A program made the position numbers and the translations under genes. From positions 704,001-768,000 of the forward strand of contig OZ240248.1 of NCBI GenBank assembly GCA_965198235.1: DNA of 64,000 nucleotides. The letters are read 5' to 3'. Below the pieces are notes generated by a model. That model had not been told where the DNA came from, searched no databases, and saw only the letters and a program-made list of their open reading frames with translations. The stretch's first letter is position 1; each line of letters begins with the position of its first letter. Positions 29,575-38,859 of this stretch are shown piece after piece. The DNA comes from Candidatus Poribacteria bacterium (GTDB lineage: Bacteria; Poribacteria; WGA-4E; WGA-3G).

Positions 29575-30594
29575 TTAAGATATAGCGATAGGTTTATATC
29601 TAAAATTAAGTCTTCGTAATATCTTACAATCCTTAACTTTAGCATTTCGTGTCAAGCGTTTACCACCTTCTATAGGTTGTAAACACAAATAAGTGTTCAT
29701 ATACCCGCATACAACTGCTAAACCATGTTTGACATGTTTCACCAGTGTACCTTTGCTAAGTCCAAGACACTTCGTGCCGCCATATCTCGGTCTTTTACCA
29801 CCTTTCTGTGGTAGTTGCTTATGTAGACCCCGTCTTTCTATAGGTATAGGCAATATACAAAATACGCTGATGTTGTCTACTATTGCATTGCCGCCGACCA
29901 TATGATACGCTAAGCACCAACTGTCCACACAATGCACATCAAAAGACTCCGCAGTCTTGTTAGAATTCTTTTTTAGTCCGAGTTCATCACGAATCTCTTT
30001 AGTCTCGTGGCCTCTTCGTGTGGAGAGTTGCCATCTTTTTCGGACATTTTTGTAGAACCACTCTTTGCCCACTTCAAGCGGACTGAACGACTGATTTCAT
30101 TTCCGCTGACACTGCTTCGTACGTGCCTTAATATCTTCTACACATACGTATGTGACCGGAAACATCTTACCAAGCCAGTCAAGAATGCGTAGTTTCCAGT
30201 CCCACCTTGCACGTGTACCAGCGGGTAGCCTCTGTTTATTCACAAGTTTGTTCATGCGATTTTTGCGATTAGGACACTTTCTGGAACGCCTCCCTCTACG
30301 CAACTCTCGCCTCTTTGCAACCTTCTTACCAACTTTGTTATGTGCATCAGCCTGCACATTCAAGTATGTATGTGCTTCGGACTTCACCGTAAAGCCTTCC
30401 TTCTTACTACCAGGATCTACACCTACTGCTATTTCCTGGTCACAGCGTTTTGAAGGTTCTACGTTCAGCCTCACACAGAATACCCCATTCTTCCAAAAGG
30501 GGGTTGCCTTCCCTGATTTAATCCACTTCGCTGCCCTGGAAGGCCGGGTTGGCATCAATGGATTTTGATTCTTATCAACAACTGGGACAAACAT
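29575..30594 (-). pseudogene. isrB: IsrB RNA-guided nickase (PLMP + RuvC, no HNH) with one in-frame TGA at 30097-30099
   Basis: PLMP, RuvC-I VGVDPG, Arg-rich bridge RRELRRGRR, RuvC-II VEDI, FSPLEVGK, RuvC-III HCVDS; 339 codons; ORFs 30097-30639 and 29575-30072 share one frame. Confidence 0.88.
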
Positions 30595-30599
30595 CGTTT

Positions 30600-30801
30600 G
30601 TAACTTCCTTGCGGATATATACTTCCCCATCGAGATCACGAAATCAGAGAGGAATTAGACTTGGGGAGCATCCAAAACATCTGACTGCGTGCCACCACAA
30701 GACTTCGCGATATTTTACTCTATTCAGCATCTTACGTTGCAGGGTCCCGACTTGGCTGTCGATATTCTACAATCTCCACGCTTTAGCGTGGAGTTACTGA
30801 A
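30600..30801 (-). ncRNA. omegaRNA scaffold
   Basis: About 200 nt between the element 5' end and isrB; 5' TTCAGTA pairs with TGCTGAA (30729-30723) around the end hairpin; GGATGCTCCCCAAGTCT...CTCT...GATGGGGAA segment resembles omegaRNA 3' parts. Confidence 0.75.
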
Positions 30802-30871
30802 ATTGTATCCCTGTTAAGACCTATTCCTATAGGCATACAAAGTGTGCCCTAAAAGGACGATTCTTATTTAT

Positions 30872-30900
30872 ATTATACATATCTAACCCCGATTTGTCAA
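30872..30900 (-). promoter_or_regulatory. Consensus sigma70 promoter reading into the IsrB element and sulfurtransferase-pterin genes
   Basis: TTGACA-N17-TATAAT exact. Confidence 0.75.
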
Positions 30901-31039
30901 ATAGAAATGCGATTTTGCCACCATTTCGTCTATTTTTGCGGAATTTACCAAGTATTCCCGACAAAAATGGTTTATAGTAAAATCCAAAAATATCTCTCAC
31001 TGCAAGGCAACTTTACGAAACAACATCCCCTCCCATCGC

Positions 31040-31145
31040 TGGCGAGGTTTCCTGCAGAAATCCGCAGAAATACCCAAGTAATACGCAGAAACACCCTATC
31101 AAAAACCCCTATCAAAAACACCCCTATCAAAAACCCCTCGCCACC
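31040..31145. repeat. REP-like hairpin with internal CCCTATCAAAAA(CA) tandem units
   Basis: GGCGAGG...CCTCGCC arms; interior matches the reverse complement of 59380-59440. Confidence 0.6.
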
Positions 31146-31285
31146 TATAGTGTATAGGTAATTGCGGGCTTTACTATAAGTCAGGGATACACCCAGTTAC
31201 TGGATCGAGAATCTTCCAACAAAACTCAAGATTGATAAGGTAAAATTAGAAGGCAAAAGAGGAGGATAGAAGCAATGGTTTCAGG

Positions 31286-31320
31286 AAAAAACAAGCCACG
31301 CCAAAAGATTGACGCGGCTT
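31286..31320 (-). terminator. Intrinsic terminator after the DUF4159-like gene
   Basis: AAGCCGCGTCAA/TTGGCGTGGCTT stem followed by GTTTTTT. Confidence 0.65.
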
Positions 31321-31361
31321 ATTGTTTATAGGTAGTTATGTTCTGTTCTTAATTAGAATTC

Positions 31362-32936
31362 TTACAGCCGACTGGCAGCACTCGGTGCCTTTTTCGGGGC
31401 ACTATCTATCTCTCCATCGGCGAGGGCACTTGCAGGAATATAGTTGCTGTAATCCGAGATATTTCCGTGTGTCACCGCGTAGACGACGATGTTAACGAGT
31501 TGTCGTGCAGCAGCTGGAGCGAATTCATCTAAAATTCTATTCCGATCCTGATAGTGACCGAAGAAAGGTTTCTGAACGGCACCATCCATCACATGTATCA
31601 TTGCTTCTGTATCAACAAGAACAGCCAACCGATCATCAATAAAAACGCCTTGCAACTGACGATAGGGACCGTGATGGAGAATGGTAGACCCAATTTTCCG
31701 GACGGGGAAACGGAGGGGTCCGTTCAGCTCATAGAAAGCGTTGTAAATCTCATGATCTTGAGGGATAGTCGTGAGATGATATTCAGGAAGAATTTGCCGC
31801 AAGACGCGCAGCGCAGGCTGCATTGCCGCTTCCGTGTTTCCGTGTGTCGGCATATAGATAAACCCGCCGCGGTTGATGATATATTCGCGGATTCGCTGCG
31901 CCTCCCGGTCGGTATAACCGAAGGAAGGGCGATCCCCGCTTACATTCCAGATATTGCCACCTAACAGTCCGTTCTGGAGTTGCACTGAGGATTTGGGAAC
32001 CGGCTCCATAAAGATAATCGGTGACTCAAAAAACGCTGCATCCGTAATGTGGACTGCGTCAACCATTTGGGTTTCGACACCCGTTTCTGCATTCAGCGAC
32101 TTAACTAAATAGGGCAGACCTGCCCCGAATCGGAGATGTCCGATGCCGCTGCCTCATATATCGAGGTTCGGATGCAATGGGTCGTCGAGACGGACGAGGT
32201 TGAGTCTCCCAATAATCTCTGTAGCCCGACCTTGAATGATGGCACCTGGGCTTCCCTTCGGAAGTTGTGGGACACCATTACCGAGAACCATGTTCTCTGT
32301 TACGTCCGACAACGAGGCATTGATATTTGCAGCACCTGCTCCCTCTACGAGCGAGTTCAGCCTGCCACGGCTTTGTGTCCGCCCTTGTCCAAGACCGGAT
32401 CCAGAACCGAAAGCCCCGCGCCCGGTACCGCTACCTAAACCGTCACCGATACCTGTACCTATGCCATCCGTAATTGCTCCGCCACTGGGCAAGCCTGCGG
32501 TGGGTAATCCATCTGAGGCTGTCGGTAGTTTTGCAGCCGTTGACAGCGGTTGCGCAGTATGCTGGATCACGGGAGACGCACTCGGAACTTTGATTTGCTG
32601 TCCTCTTGGGGCAGCTGATGCACTCGCCATTAGTGACACCGCAGGTGCTGCAGTTGAGGACGATCTCAATGCGCGTGCGACTGTTGTCCGACGCTGCGTC
32701 GTCTCAGTTTGCGGAACGACTCTCAAATCTGGAACAGGGGTTGTTACAACGGCTGGTTTCTGAATAACATCCCTTTTTGCTGCTTGGGGTGATGTGACAA
32801 TGAAGAAACTCAAATCAATGGTATCTTGTGCCTTCTGTGGTTGAGATGAGATCGCGATGTACCCTACAACGACTGCGAGGCAGACGTGTATGACGAGCGA
32901 TACCATCCATACGAGAGGTATTCGGCGCGATTTCAT
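31362..32936 (-). CDS. Membrane-anchored DUF4159-like protein, one frame with an internal TGA (32154-32156): candidate selenoprotein or pseudogene
   Basis: N-terminal TM (SLVIHVCL), P/A/G-rich linker, then RLNLVRL..DI*GSG..GLPYLVKSLNAETG..FFESPIIFM..YIINRGGF..HEIYNAFY..NIVVYAVT; the two ORFs are in frame; AGGAGG RBS. Confidence 0.75.
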
Positions 32937-33741
32937 GGGACGCACCTCCTATGTGTTTAAGAGTTAGGGGACTAACATCTGTTACATCTGATTTTTCTGC
33001 CATTTATATTCACTACATTAACGTGGATTCAGCATAAAAGAGGTCAGGAAGAGAACCCTTCTGATTATTAAAGACACAATTTCAGGGTGAAAAAGGTGCA
33101 TAATTCAAAAAAAAATAAAAAACCTAAATTTTAATCCAAAAACCGGTGTCTTAGTTGCGCATATTTATAACGGAAAGAAACTTTTTCTGAAGATAAGTCA
33201 ATCTGATAAAACCAACAATTTACCCGAGAGTATTCTCCAAATGCTTATGTCAAACTCACATTATGCTAACAATTTCTGCATTATTTGTCAAGGGAAAATT
33301 ATCTTCTCCTTTACTTTCCGTAAACACAGTCTGTTATGGAAAAGCCGTTGCATTGTTCTGTATCTCTCCAAGGGAAAGACTCCTCCGCGTTTACAAGGCT
33401 TATGGATATTGGAGCAATTTTCATGCCAAAATCAATTCAAACGCCAAATCACCGTAAAAGAAGATTTTTCGTTAATTCTGCCTGATAAATTAGTTTTTTG
33501 CAGTCCAATTTCTGGACAGTGCTGTTCAAAAACCAAATCTCAAATGATGCCAGAATAGTTATCAGTATTCAGTTAGAGGAATTTATGGGTAATCCCAGTT
33601 TTCCGTAGGCACGGTAGGTACGGTTTCCTAACCGCACCGAGCATCGCTAAGATATTACCTAATTATTTTTTTAATCTCCATTAAATCCTACCAGCCAAGG
33701 AAGACATGTGAGAAACCACTGCCACAGATATGTGAGAAGGA

Positions 33742-36198
33742 TTATATGCCAAACCAATATCGGCATTTAATCAAGAAAATATTCTTTCCAGGATCCGTAA
33801 AACTGCTTCGTAGGCGATGCACGGGTCGAAACTCAAGGTCTTCTGCCCCAACCTCTCCTAATTCAAGTGCACGCGATTGGGACCAAACCAAAAACAGCGT
33901 ACTTCCCGGACGGAATTCCCAGCGAAAGACGGTGTTGCCTCTCAGCGAACGCATGTGGAAATCGGGATTCCTCTTCAACGGATACGGTTTAAACCGATAC
34001 GACTTCGGTTCAATCAACTCCTTGAAATTAGAATAGTCGCCGATGGTAATGAAGGGTTGCACGTAAAATTGAAGGCTCAGCGTCGGTGTGAAACTGATGT
34101 TCGCGCGTGTGGTGAAGTCGAGTGTTTGGCTCGTTAGTTCTCCATAGACGTAGTGTCTGCTGACTTGTCCATTGATGTTTTCTTCAATTAACTCAACCCA
34201 CTGTGCATCGTAAATTCGGTAGCGATACATCGGTCCAATACTTAACTCAATGTTCGACACCGGACGAATGTTCAGACGGAGACTTACCTCTTTTTCAGAA
34301 TTTTTGTTATCATCGTCCCATGCGAAGATTGGATTCAGTTCGAGCTGAACCATTTTACGACTATCGGTAGAAAGTCGGCTAAAAATCCACCAACCCGCAG
34401 GATTTTTAATCAGTGTCCCACCGCGTCGGACATCCTCGTCCCTAAACGACTCCAAATTCCGTCCAACCCACAGGTCATATTCCCAGTAGTTTTTCAGTTT
34501 GCCATCCGTCCATATCTCGGAGTAGCGACCAATGCTAACACCATCATAATTCCACTCTCGCCAACCGAAGAGCCCAAAAGTAACCTCTCGGAAAATACTA
34601 AACGGCTGCTCCTTTTTGAGGATAAAGTCATAGAACCATCTCATCATATCGCCGCGCTGCGTATACCCTATGTCATTTATGTCTAAGTCTGGGGAGCGAA
34701 CATTAAAATCAGTATAAAGCCGCCACCATCCACCCTGTTTGTGAAATACAATATGTGCAAGGTAACCCGATTTACGTGCCTCAAGTTCTCCGGCTTGGCT
34801 TGCCGCTACCATTCCGCTTATCTTGTACCGCTCCTTCGCAAATCTCAAGTCCCAGTCAAGCCCACCTACATACGCAGCGTTGGAAGCCTGCCGATTTACC
34901 GCTGTTGTTATCAGTCCGACGCGAGAATTCCCTTCCAAGATATCTTGTGTCACTCGACCGACAAAGTAGTTTGTCAGCGGTTCAAGCAAATAATCGCGGC
35001 TTTTGCCTTGTTCCTTAACCTGTGCATACTCCCGTGCCGTGACAGCCTCCATGATACCGAAGGAGGTATTACTGTTGGTTCTTCCAACGATTTTGGCGGC
35101 ACCGAGAATCGTTGTGGCTTCCGGACGACTCAGTTCGGTAGCACCCTCTGGAATCTTAAAACGCCGCGGTTGCCGTCCGATTCGCCGTGAGTAAAAGAAT
35201 TGATTTTCCCCCTCTCCGAAGTTAAAAATGGATGACCCTTTGACAAAAAAGGGTCTCCGCTCCTCAAAAAACTCTTCATAGGCAGAGAGATTCAAGGTAG
35301 CAGGGTCTGCCTCCACCTGTCCAAAGTCGGGGTTGATTGTGGCGTTGAGGGTTGTCCCGGTGGTAATTCCATATTGGACATCGCCGCCAACATTCCCCCA
35401 CAAATCAGCCTTGCTGTTCAGAGTTGTCCTGCCCATCGCATAGGGTATCAATTCCAAATGACGAGAAGGTTTGATATTCTCAATACCCGTCAGGTCACCG
35501 AAATGCGATATCCAGCCCGGTTCACTCTTCTTAATCAAACGCCAGTGGGAACGCTCTTTTCTACGACTAATCTCGCGCTCTACCTGTAATCCCCACGTGT
35601 ATTTATCTTTTGGAGAGAAGCGGAACATGTAAAACGGGATTTTACATTCCACCGCCCACCCATTTTCGTGAATCCGAGTTTTCGCGTCCCAGACTCCATC
35701 CCACGCGTTGTTCCAGCCATTCCACCCGCCGCCTCCAGTAATGCCGTCTATCACAGAACCAGAAGGATAGACAGTAAATGAGAAACCGCGCTGCCGATTG
35801 TAGTGCGGGTCAAGGATAATCTGGATTTTGTCGGATTCAGTGTAATCGTCACGCCTGACGAGACGCGAAACAATCTTGTCGGGTTCACTGTCATAGCACA
35901 TAACAGCGAAATAGACCGCCTCATCGTCGTAGGCGACTTGGAATGTAGTGCGTTCAGATACGGGTTCGCCTTCATCGGGGTCGCGTTGACGGAAGCCTTC
36001 GTGGAGGGGTGCAATCTTCCAAATTTCGTCGTCCAAAACGCCGTCCAATTGCGGTGGCGCGCCTTTAATTCGGACAGCCGTCGCAACTCTGTGAGCGGAC
36101 TCTGTTTCTGTCTCGGCCTTTATTACGTTTGGGAGTTGTAAAGCAAAAAACGCCATCAACAACGCCAAAACGCGCCAAAACTCTGATTCAGTTTTCAA
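33742..36198 (-). CDS. CBM9-like + DUF5916 exported/outer-membrane protein
   Basis: Signal peptide, LDGVLDD..W, NPDFGQVEAD, EERRPFF, FYSRRIG, RWEFRPGS..LVW, C-terminal YWF. Confidence 0.85.
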   Translation of the reverse strand: MKTESEFWRVLALLMAFFALQLPNVIKAETETESAHRVATAVRIKGAPPQLDGVLDDEIWKIAPLHEGFRQRDPDEGEPVSERTTFQVAYDDEAVYFAVMCYDSEPDKIVSRLVRRDDYTESDKIQIILDPHYNRQRGFSFTVYPSGSVIDGITGGGGWNGWNNAWDGVWDAKTRIHENGWAVECKIPFYMFRFSPKDKYTWGLQVEREISRRKERSHWRLIKKSEPGWISHFGDLTGIENIKPSRHLELIPYAMGRTTLNSKADLWGNVGGDVQYGITTGTTLNATINPDFGQVEADPATLNLSAYEEFFEERRPFFVKGSSIFNFGEGENQFFYSRRIGRQPRRFKIPEGATELSRPEATTILGAAKIVGRTNSNTSFGIMEAVTAREYAQVKEQGKSRDYLLEPLTNYFVGRVTQDILEGNSRVGLITTAVNRQASNAAYVGGLDWDLRFAKERYKISGMVAASQAGELEARKSGYLAHIVFHKQGGWWRLYTDFNVRSPDLDINDIGYTQRGDMMRWFYDFILKKEQPFSIFREVTFGLFGWREWNYDGVSIGRYSEIWTDGKLKNYWEYDLWVGRNLESFRDEDVRRGGTLIKNPAGWWIFSRLSTDSRKMVQLELNPIFAWDDDNKNSEKEVSLRLNIRPVSNIELSIGPMYRYRIYDAQWVELIEENINGQVSRHYVYGELTSQTLDFTTRANISFTPTLSLQFYVQPFITIGDYSNFKELIEPKSYRFKPYPLKRNPDFHMRSLRGNTVFRWEFRPGSTLFLVWSQSRALELGEVGAEDLEFRPVHRLRSSFTDPGKNIFLIKCRYWFGI

Positions 36199-36281
36199 TT
36201 GCTTTTCCTTGGATCTTTGTCGGGCTGCTTATTTACATATTGAAACCTGATTCGGACAAAAAACTTCAGAATTCTTGAGGA

Positions 36282-36749
36282 TTAGTCGGAAATATCTCCG
36301 CCGCATTGTGGACAGGTATCCCCCCATGTTGAGCGTTTGCCTTCACCACAAACACCGCAGACACCGAGTGGGTATTCATCCGGTTTCGCGCGGCTTCCAC
36401 CCTTCTTGTAGGTGATGATGCGCCACACTGTTTCGCCATCTTCTTCGTAACAGAGCCAGACCCCTTCTTTTCTGCCATCAGCGGAGCTGCCATCATGCTT
36501 CCGGTAAGGACCACCCCATTTGCGGTTTCCGTTTTCATAATAGCACATATACTCGCCTTCGTTTTTGCCATCGCGGAAGGTGGCTTCACTCGCCTTGTTG
36601 CCGTTCTTGTGGTATTGAATCCAAAGTCCCTCTTTTTTGCCAGCAATATAGCGACCCTCGCTCCGCTTAAATCCGTTCGCGTAATAGGTGACCCAATAGC
36701 CGTGCTTCTTGCCATCGACCATCTCACCATCTGTAAGTGATTTTGCCAT
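36282..36749 (-). CDS. MORN2-repeat (YwqK-like) protein with C-terminal Zn ribbon
   Basis: Four GKxxGxWxxYxxNG repeats; CGVC...CPQC. Confidence 0.8.
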   Translation of the reverse strand: MAKSLTDGEMVDGKKHGYWVTYYANGFKRSEGRYIAGKKEGLWIQYHKNGNKASEATFRDGKNEGEYMCYYENGNRKWGGPYRKHDGSSADGRKEGVWLCYEEDGETVWRIITYKKGGSRAKPDEYPLGVCGVCGEGKRSTWGDTCPQCGGDISD

Positions 36750-36856
36750 AATTGAATTCGCGGGACGCGGACATCGGACATGGACTTACAAGCAATCGCC
36801 TGATGACGCGTCCCTATTTCCTCCTATTGGCTTTAAGGTCAGTCGTGATTCAGAAA

Positions 36857-37633
36857 TCACTTTTGCCACTTGATGTTTCCCCAGGTCGTTGTCAATCTAT
36901 CAATTGGGGAAACGGACAACGCTTTCTCAAGTCCTTTTTCCATAATGGCATTGAGATCGTCTTCACCAAGAGCAGTATTGAAGATAGCGACTTCGTCAAG
37001 GACCCCCGTAAAGTCCCATCCCGCTCCACCTTTCCAGCGGGTTAACCAGATTGAGCCACCATCGTGCTGCTGACTGAAATCCGGTTTTCCCACGTCTAAA
37101 TCCGCGACGACTTCGCCATCGACATAGAGGACAAGCGTCTTACCGTCGTGTGTTAAGGCGACGAAACTCCACTCATCCATCTCCCAAGTGCCACCCCGGA
37201 CTTGACTATTATCTATTCCGCCTTTGAGGAAACTGCCATAAAAGTCGGTTGGACCGATAAGAATGTTTGGATTGTGCCAATCCCTTTCTATGAGTCGAAC
37301 GTGCGGACCGGAAGGATTACGAAGTGGTTTTGCCCAGAGCAGATACGTAAATCCATCGAGGAAGTCGTCAGTGGTTTTGCTTGCCGGAATGACCACATGA
37401 TTGCTCCCATCAAATTCGATTCCCATGCCTTCCTTCCCGTCGACCCGTTCGGCATCAACAATTTCTCCATCGTTTCCGTTCGCCGAGGAGTCTTTAACCA
37501 CATTACCTTTTCCCTGATCAAAGAGCCACATTCCCATAAGGGTTTCTGGGTCAATTTCCGACCTGCTTTCCTGAACCCATATCCCTGCAATAAAGAGAAC
37601 CGTCACTGCGATCAAAGCACTTATAACTCTCAT
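36857..37633 (-). CDS. Secreted LamG-like jellyroll protein
   Basis: Signal peptide, WLFDQGKG..DSS.NG, W.FVALT, LYVDG, F.G.LDEVAIF; C-terminal VSPIDRLTTTWGNIK. Confidence 0.85.
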   Translation of the reverse strand: MRVISALIAVTVLFIAGIWVQESRSEIDPETLMGMWLFDQGKGNVVKDSSANGNDGEIVDAERVDGKEGMGIEFDGSNHVVIPASKTTDDFLDGFTYLLWAKPLRNPSGPHVRLIERDWHNPNILIGPTDFYGSFLKGGIDNSQVRGGTWEMDEWSFVALTHDGKTLVLYVDGEVVADLDVGKPDFSQQHDGGSIWLTRWKGGAGWDFTGVLDEVAIFNTALGEDDLNAIMEKGLEKALSVSPIDRLTTTWGNIKWQK

Positions 37634-37812
37634 CGTTTTTAGCCTCCTGTTCAAACTATGCATTCAGTTCCGGAAAATATTTACACAAAGATAGATATAG
37701 CAAATAGCAATCCGTGTCGTGCAGAAACATCTTCCAAGAGATGTTAACCCGCATAACAACTGGATCAGATTTGCTGCCTTTTTCTGTTGTCGAGATTATA
37801 CCGCAAATCTAT

Positions 37813-38289
37813 CTATAAGGCAATACTCTCCAATTCAGCACCACACTTCGGACAAGTATTGCCCCACGCCAAACGTCTGCCCTCACCGCAAACATCACAG
37901 ACGCCGATCGGATATTCATCCGGTTTCGCACGGCTGCCGCCTTTTTTGTAAGTTATAATTAGCCACACCGTTTCGCCATCCTCTTCGTAATTGTAAAAGG
38001 GCCCCTCCTTTCTGCCATCGTAGGATTTACCGACATGTTTAGGAAAGGCACCGCTGGATCTAAGGTTTCCATTTTCATAGTAGGTGAAACAAGGACCCTC
38101 GTATTTTCCATCGCGGAAGAAGGATTCACCTGCTTTGTTCCCATTTTTGTGATAATTGATCCAAGGTCCTTCTTTTTTACCATGAATGTAGCCACCTTCG
38201 CTCCGTTTGAACCCATTCGCGTAATAGGTAACCCAATACCCATGCTTCTTGCCATCAACCATTTCACCCGTTGTTAATGAATTCGCCAT
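37813..38289 (-). CDS. MORN2-repeat protein with Zn ribbon (paralog of 36282-36749)
   Basis: Near-identical N-terminus MA.SLT.GEMVDGKKHGYWVTYYANGFKRSEG; CDVC...CPKC. Confidence 0.8.
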   Translation of the reverse strand: MANSLTTGEMVDGKKHGYWVTYYANGFKRSEGGYIHGKKEGPWINYHKNGNKAGESFFRDGKYEGPCFTYYENGNLRSSGAFPKHVGKSYDGRKEGPFYNYEEDGETVWLIITYKKGGSRAKPDEYPIGVCDVCGEGRRLAWGNTCPKCGAELESIAL

Positions 38290-38340
38290 AATTTCACCTA
38301 TAGAGGCAGGCTTCAGGACCCACCAGTTTTGAGAATAAGC

Positions 38341-38859
38341 CTATAATACTTCATTAAGATATGCCTCTATTTTCTCCAACGTCTTTTTGCCGATGCCACG
38401 GAAACCTTTGAGTTTCCGTTCATCAATCGCTGTTCGGAGCGAAACGAGGCTATCTACACCAACCTCTTCATAAAGTCGCTTAATCGTTTTAGCACCCAGC
38501 CCAGGGATAGGCACGAGTTCCACAACGGTTCGTGGTGTATCACCTGCGAACTCCTCCAACTTCATGCTCGTACCAGTATCCACGAATTCCTCAATGATTT
38601 TCGCCATTACTTCGCCAGCCCCCGGAATCTCCTCTATCAATCGACCTTGGGCGATGAGGTCCGACATCGGTTCCGGAAACCGAGAGATATAATTCGCCAA
38701 CCATGGATATCGCGACGCGTGGTCTTCTGGATAGTCGGCGATGATTAGAAAAGTGTGGAGTTCCAAGAATCTCAATGCGATCTCATCGTTCTGATGCCAG
38801 CGTGTGCGCCCTTTTCCATCAATATAAGATCCCTCTTCTAAATTTTTATCATCGTTCAC
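38341..38859 (-). CDS. Stand-alone helix-hairpin-helix protein resembling the PolX N-terminal region
   Basis: IPGAGEVMAKII.E..DTG, IPGLGAKTIKRLY...G, GIGKKT; no polymerase palm. Confidence 0.75.
   Translation of the reverse strand: MNDDKNLEEGSYIDGKGRTRWHQNDEIALRFLELHTFLIIADYPEDHASRYPWLANYISRFPEPMSDLIAQGRLIEEIPGAGEVMAKIIEEFVDTGTSMKLEEFAGDTPRTVVELVPIPGLGAKTIKRLYEEVGVDSLVSLRTAIDERKLKGFRGIGKKTLEKIEAYLNEVL

Larger units (their letters stand above)
29468..30801 (-). mobile_element. Non-autonomous IS200/IS605-superfamily element carrying omegaRNA and isrB
   Basis: Paired subterminal hairpins CTCCACGCTTTAGCGTGGAG (30774-30793) and CTCCATGCTTTAGCATGGAG (29488-29507); no tnpA; 3' end abuts the ATGG of the sulfurtransferase; ends uncertain by 1-2 nt. 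Confidence 0.85.

Noticed and set aside
30097-30099. Selenocysteine or genetic-code reassignment at the isrB TGA
   Set aside because: The position is expected to be Trp, the downstream hairpin is weak, and TGA is used as a normal stop in many genes here (e.g. radC, infC)
29575-30594. Cas9/IscB or TnpB call
   Set aside because: No HNH between RuvC-II and RuvC-III, PLMP is present, there is no TnpB Zn finger and no CRISPR array; fits IsrB
31040-31145. CRISPR array (also 43850-43930 and 59380-59440)
   Set aside because: Only 2-3 short units without unique regular spacers, and no cas genes
33241-33558. ORFs in the AT-rich intergenic region (also 30907-31161 and 43839-44195)
   Set aside because: They cross promoters and repeats and show no protein-like signal
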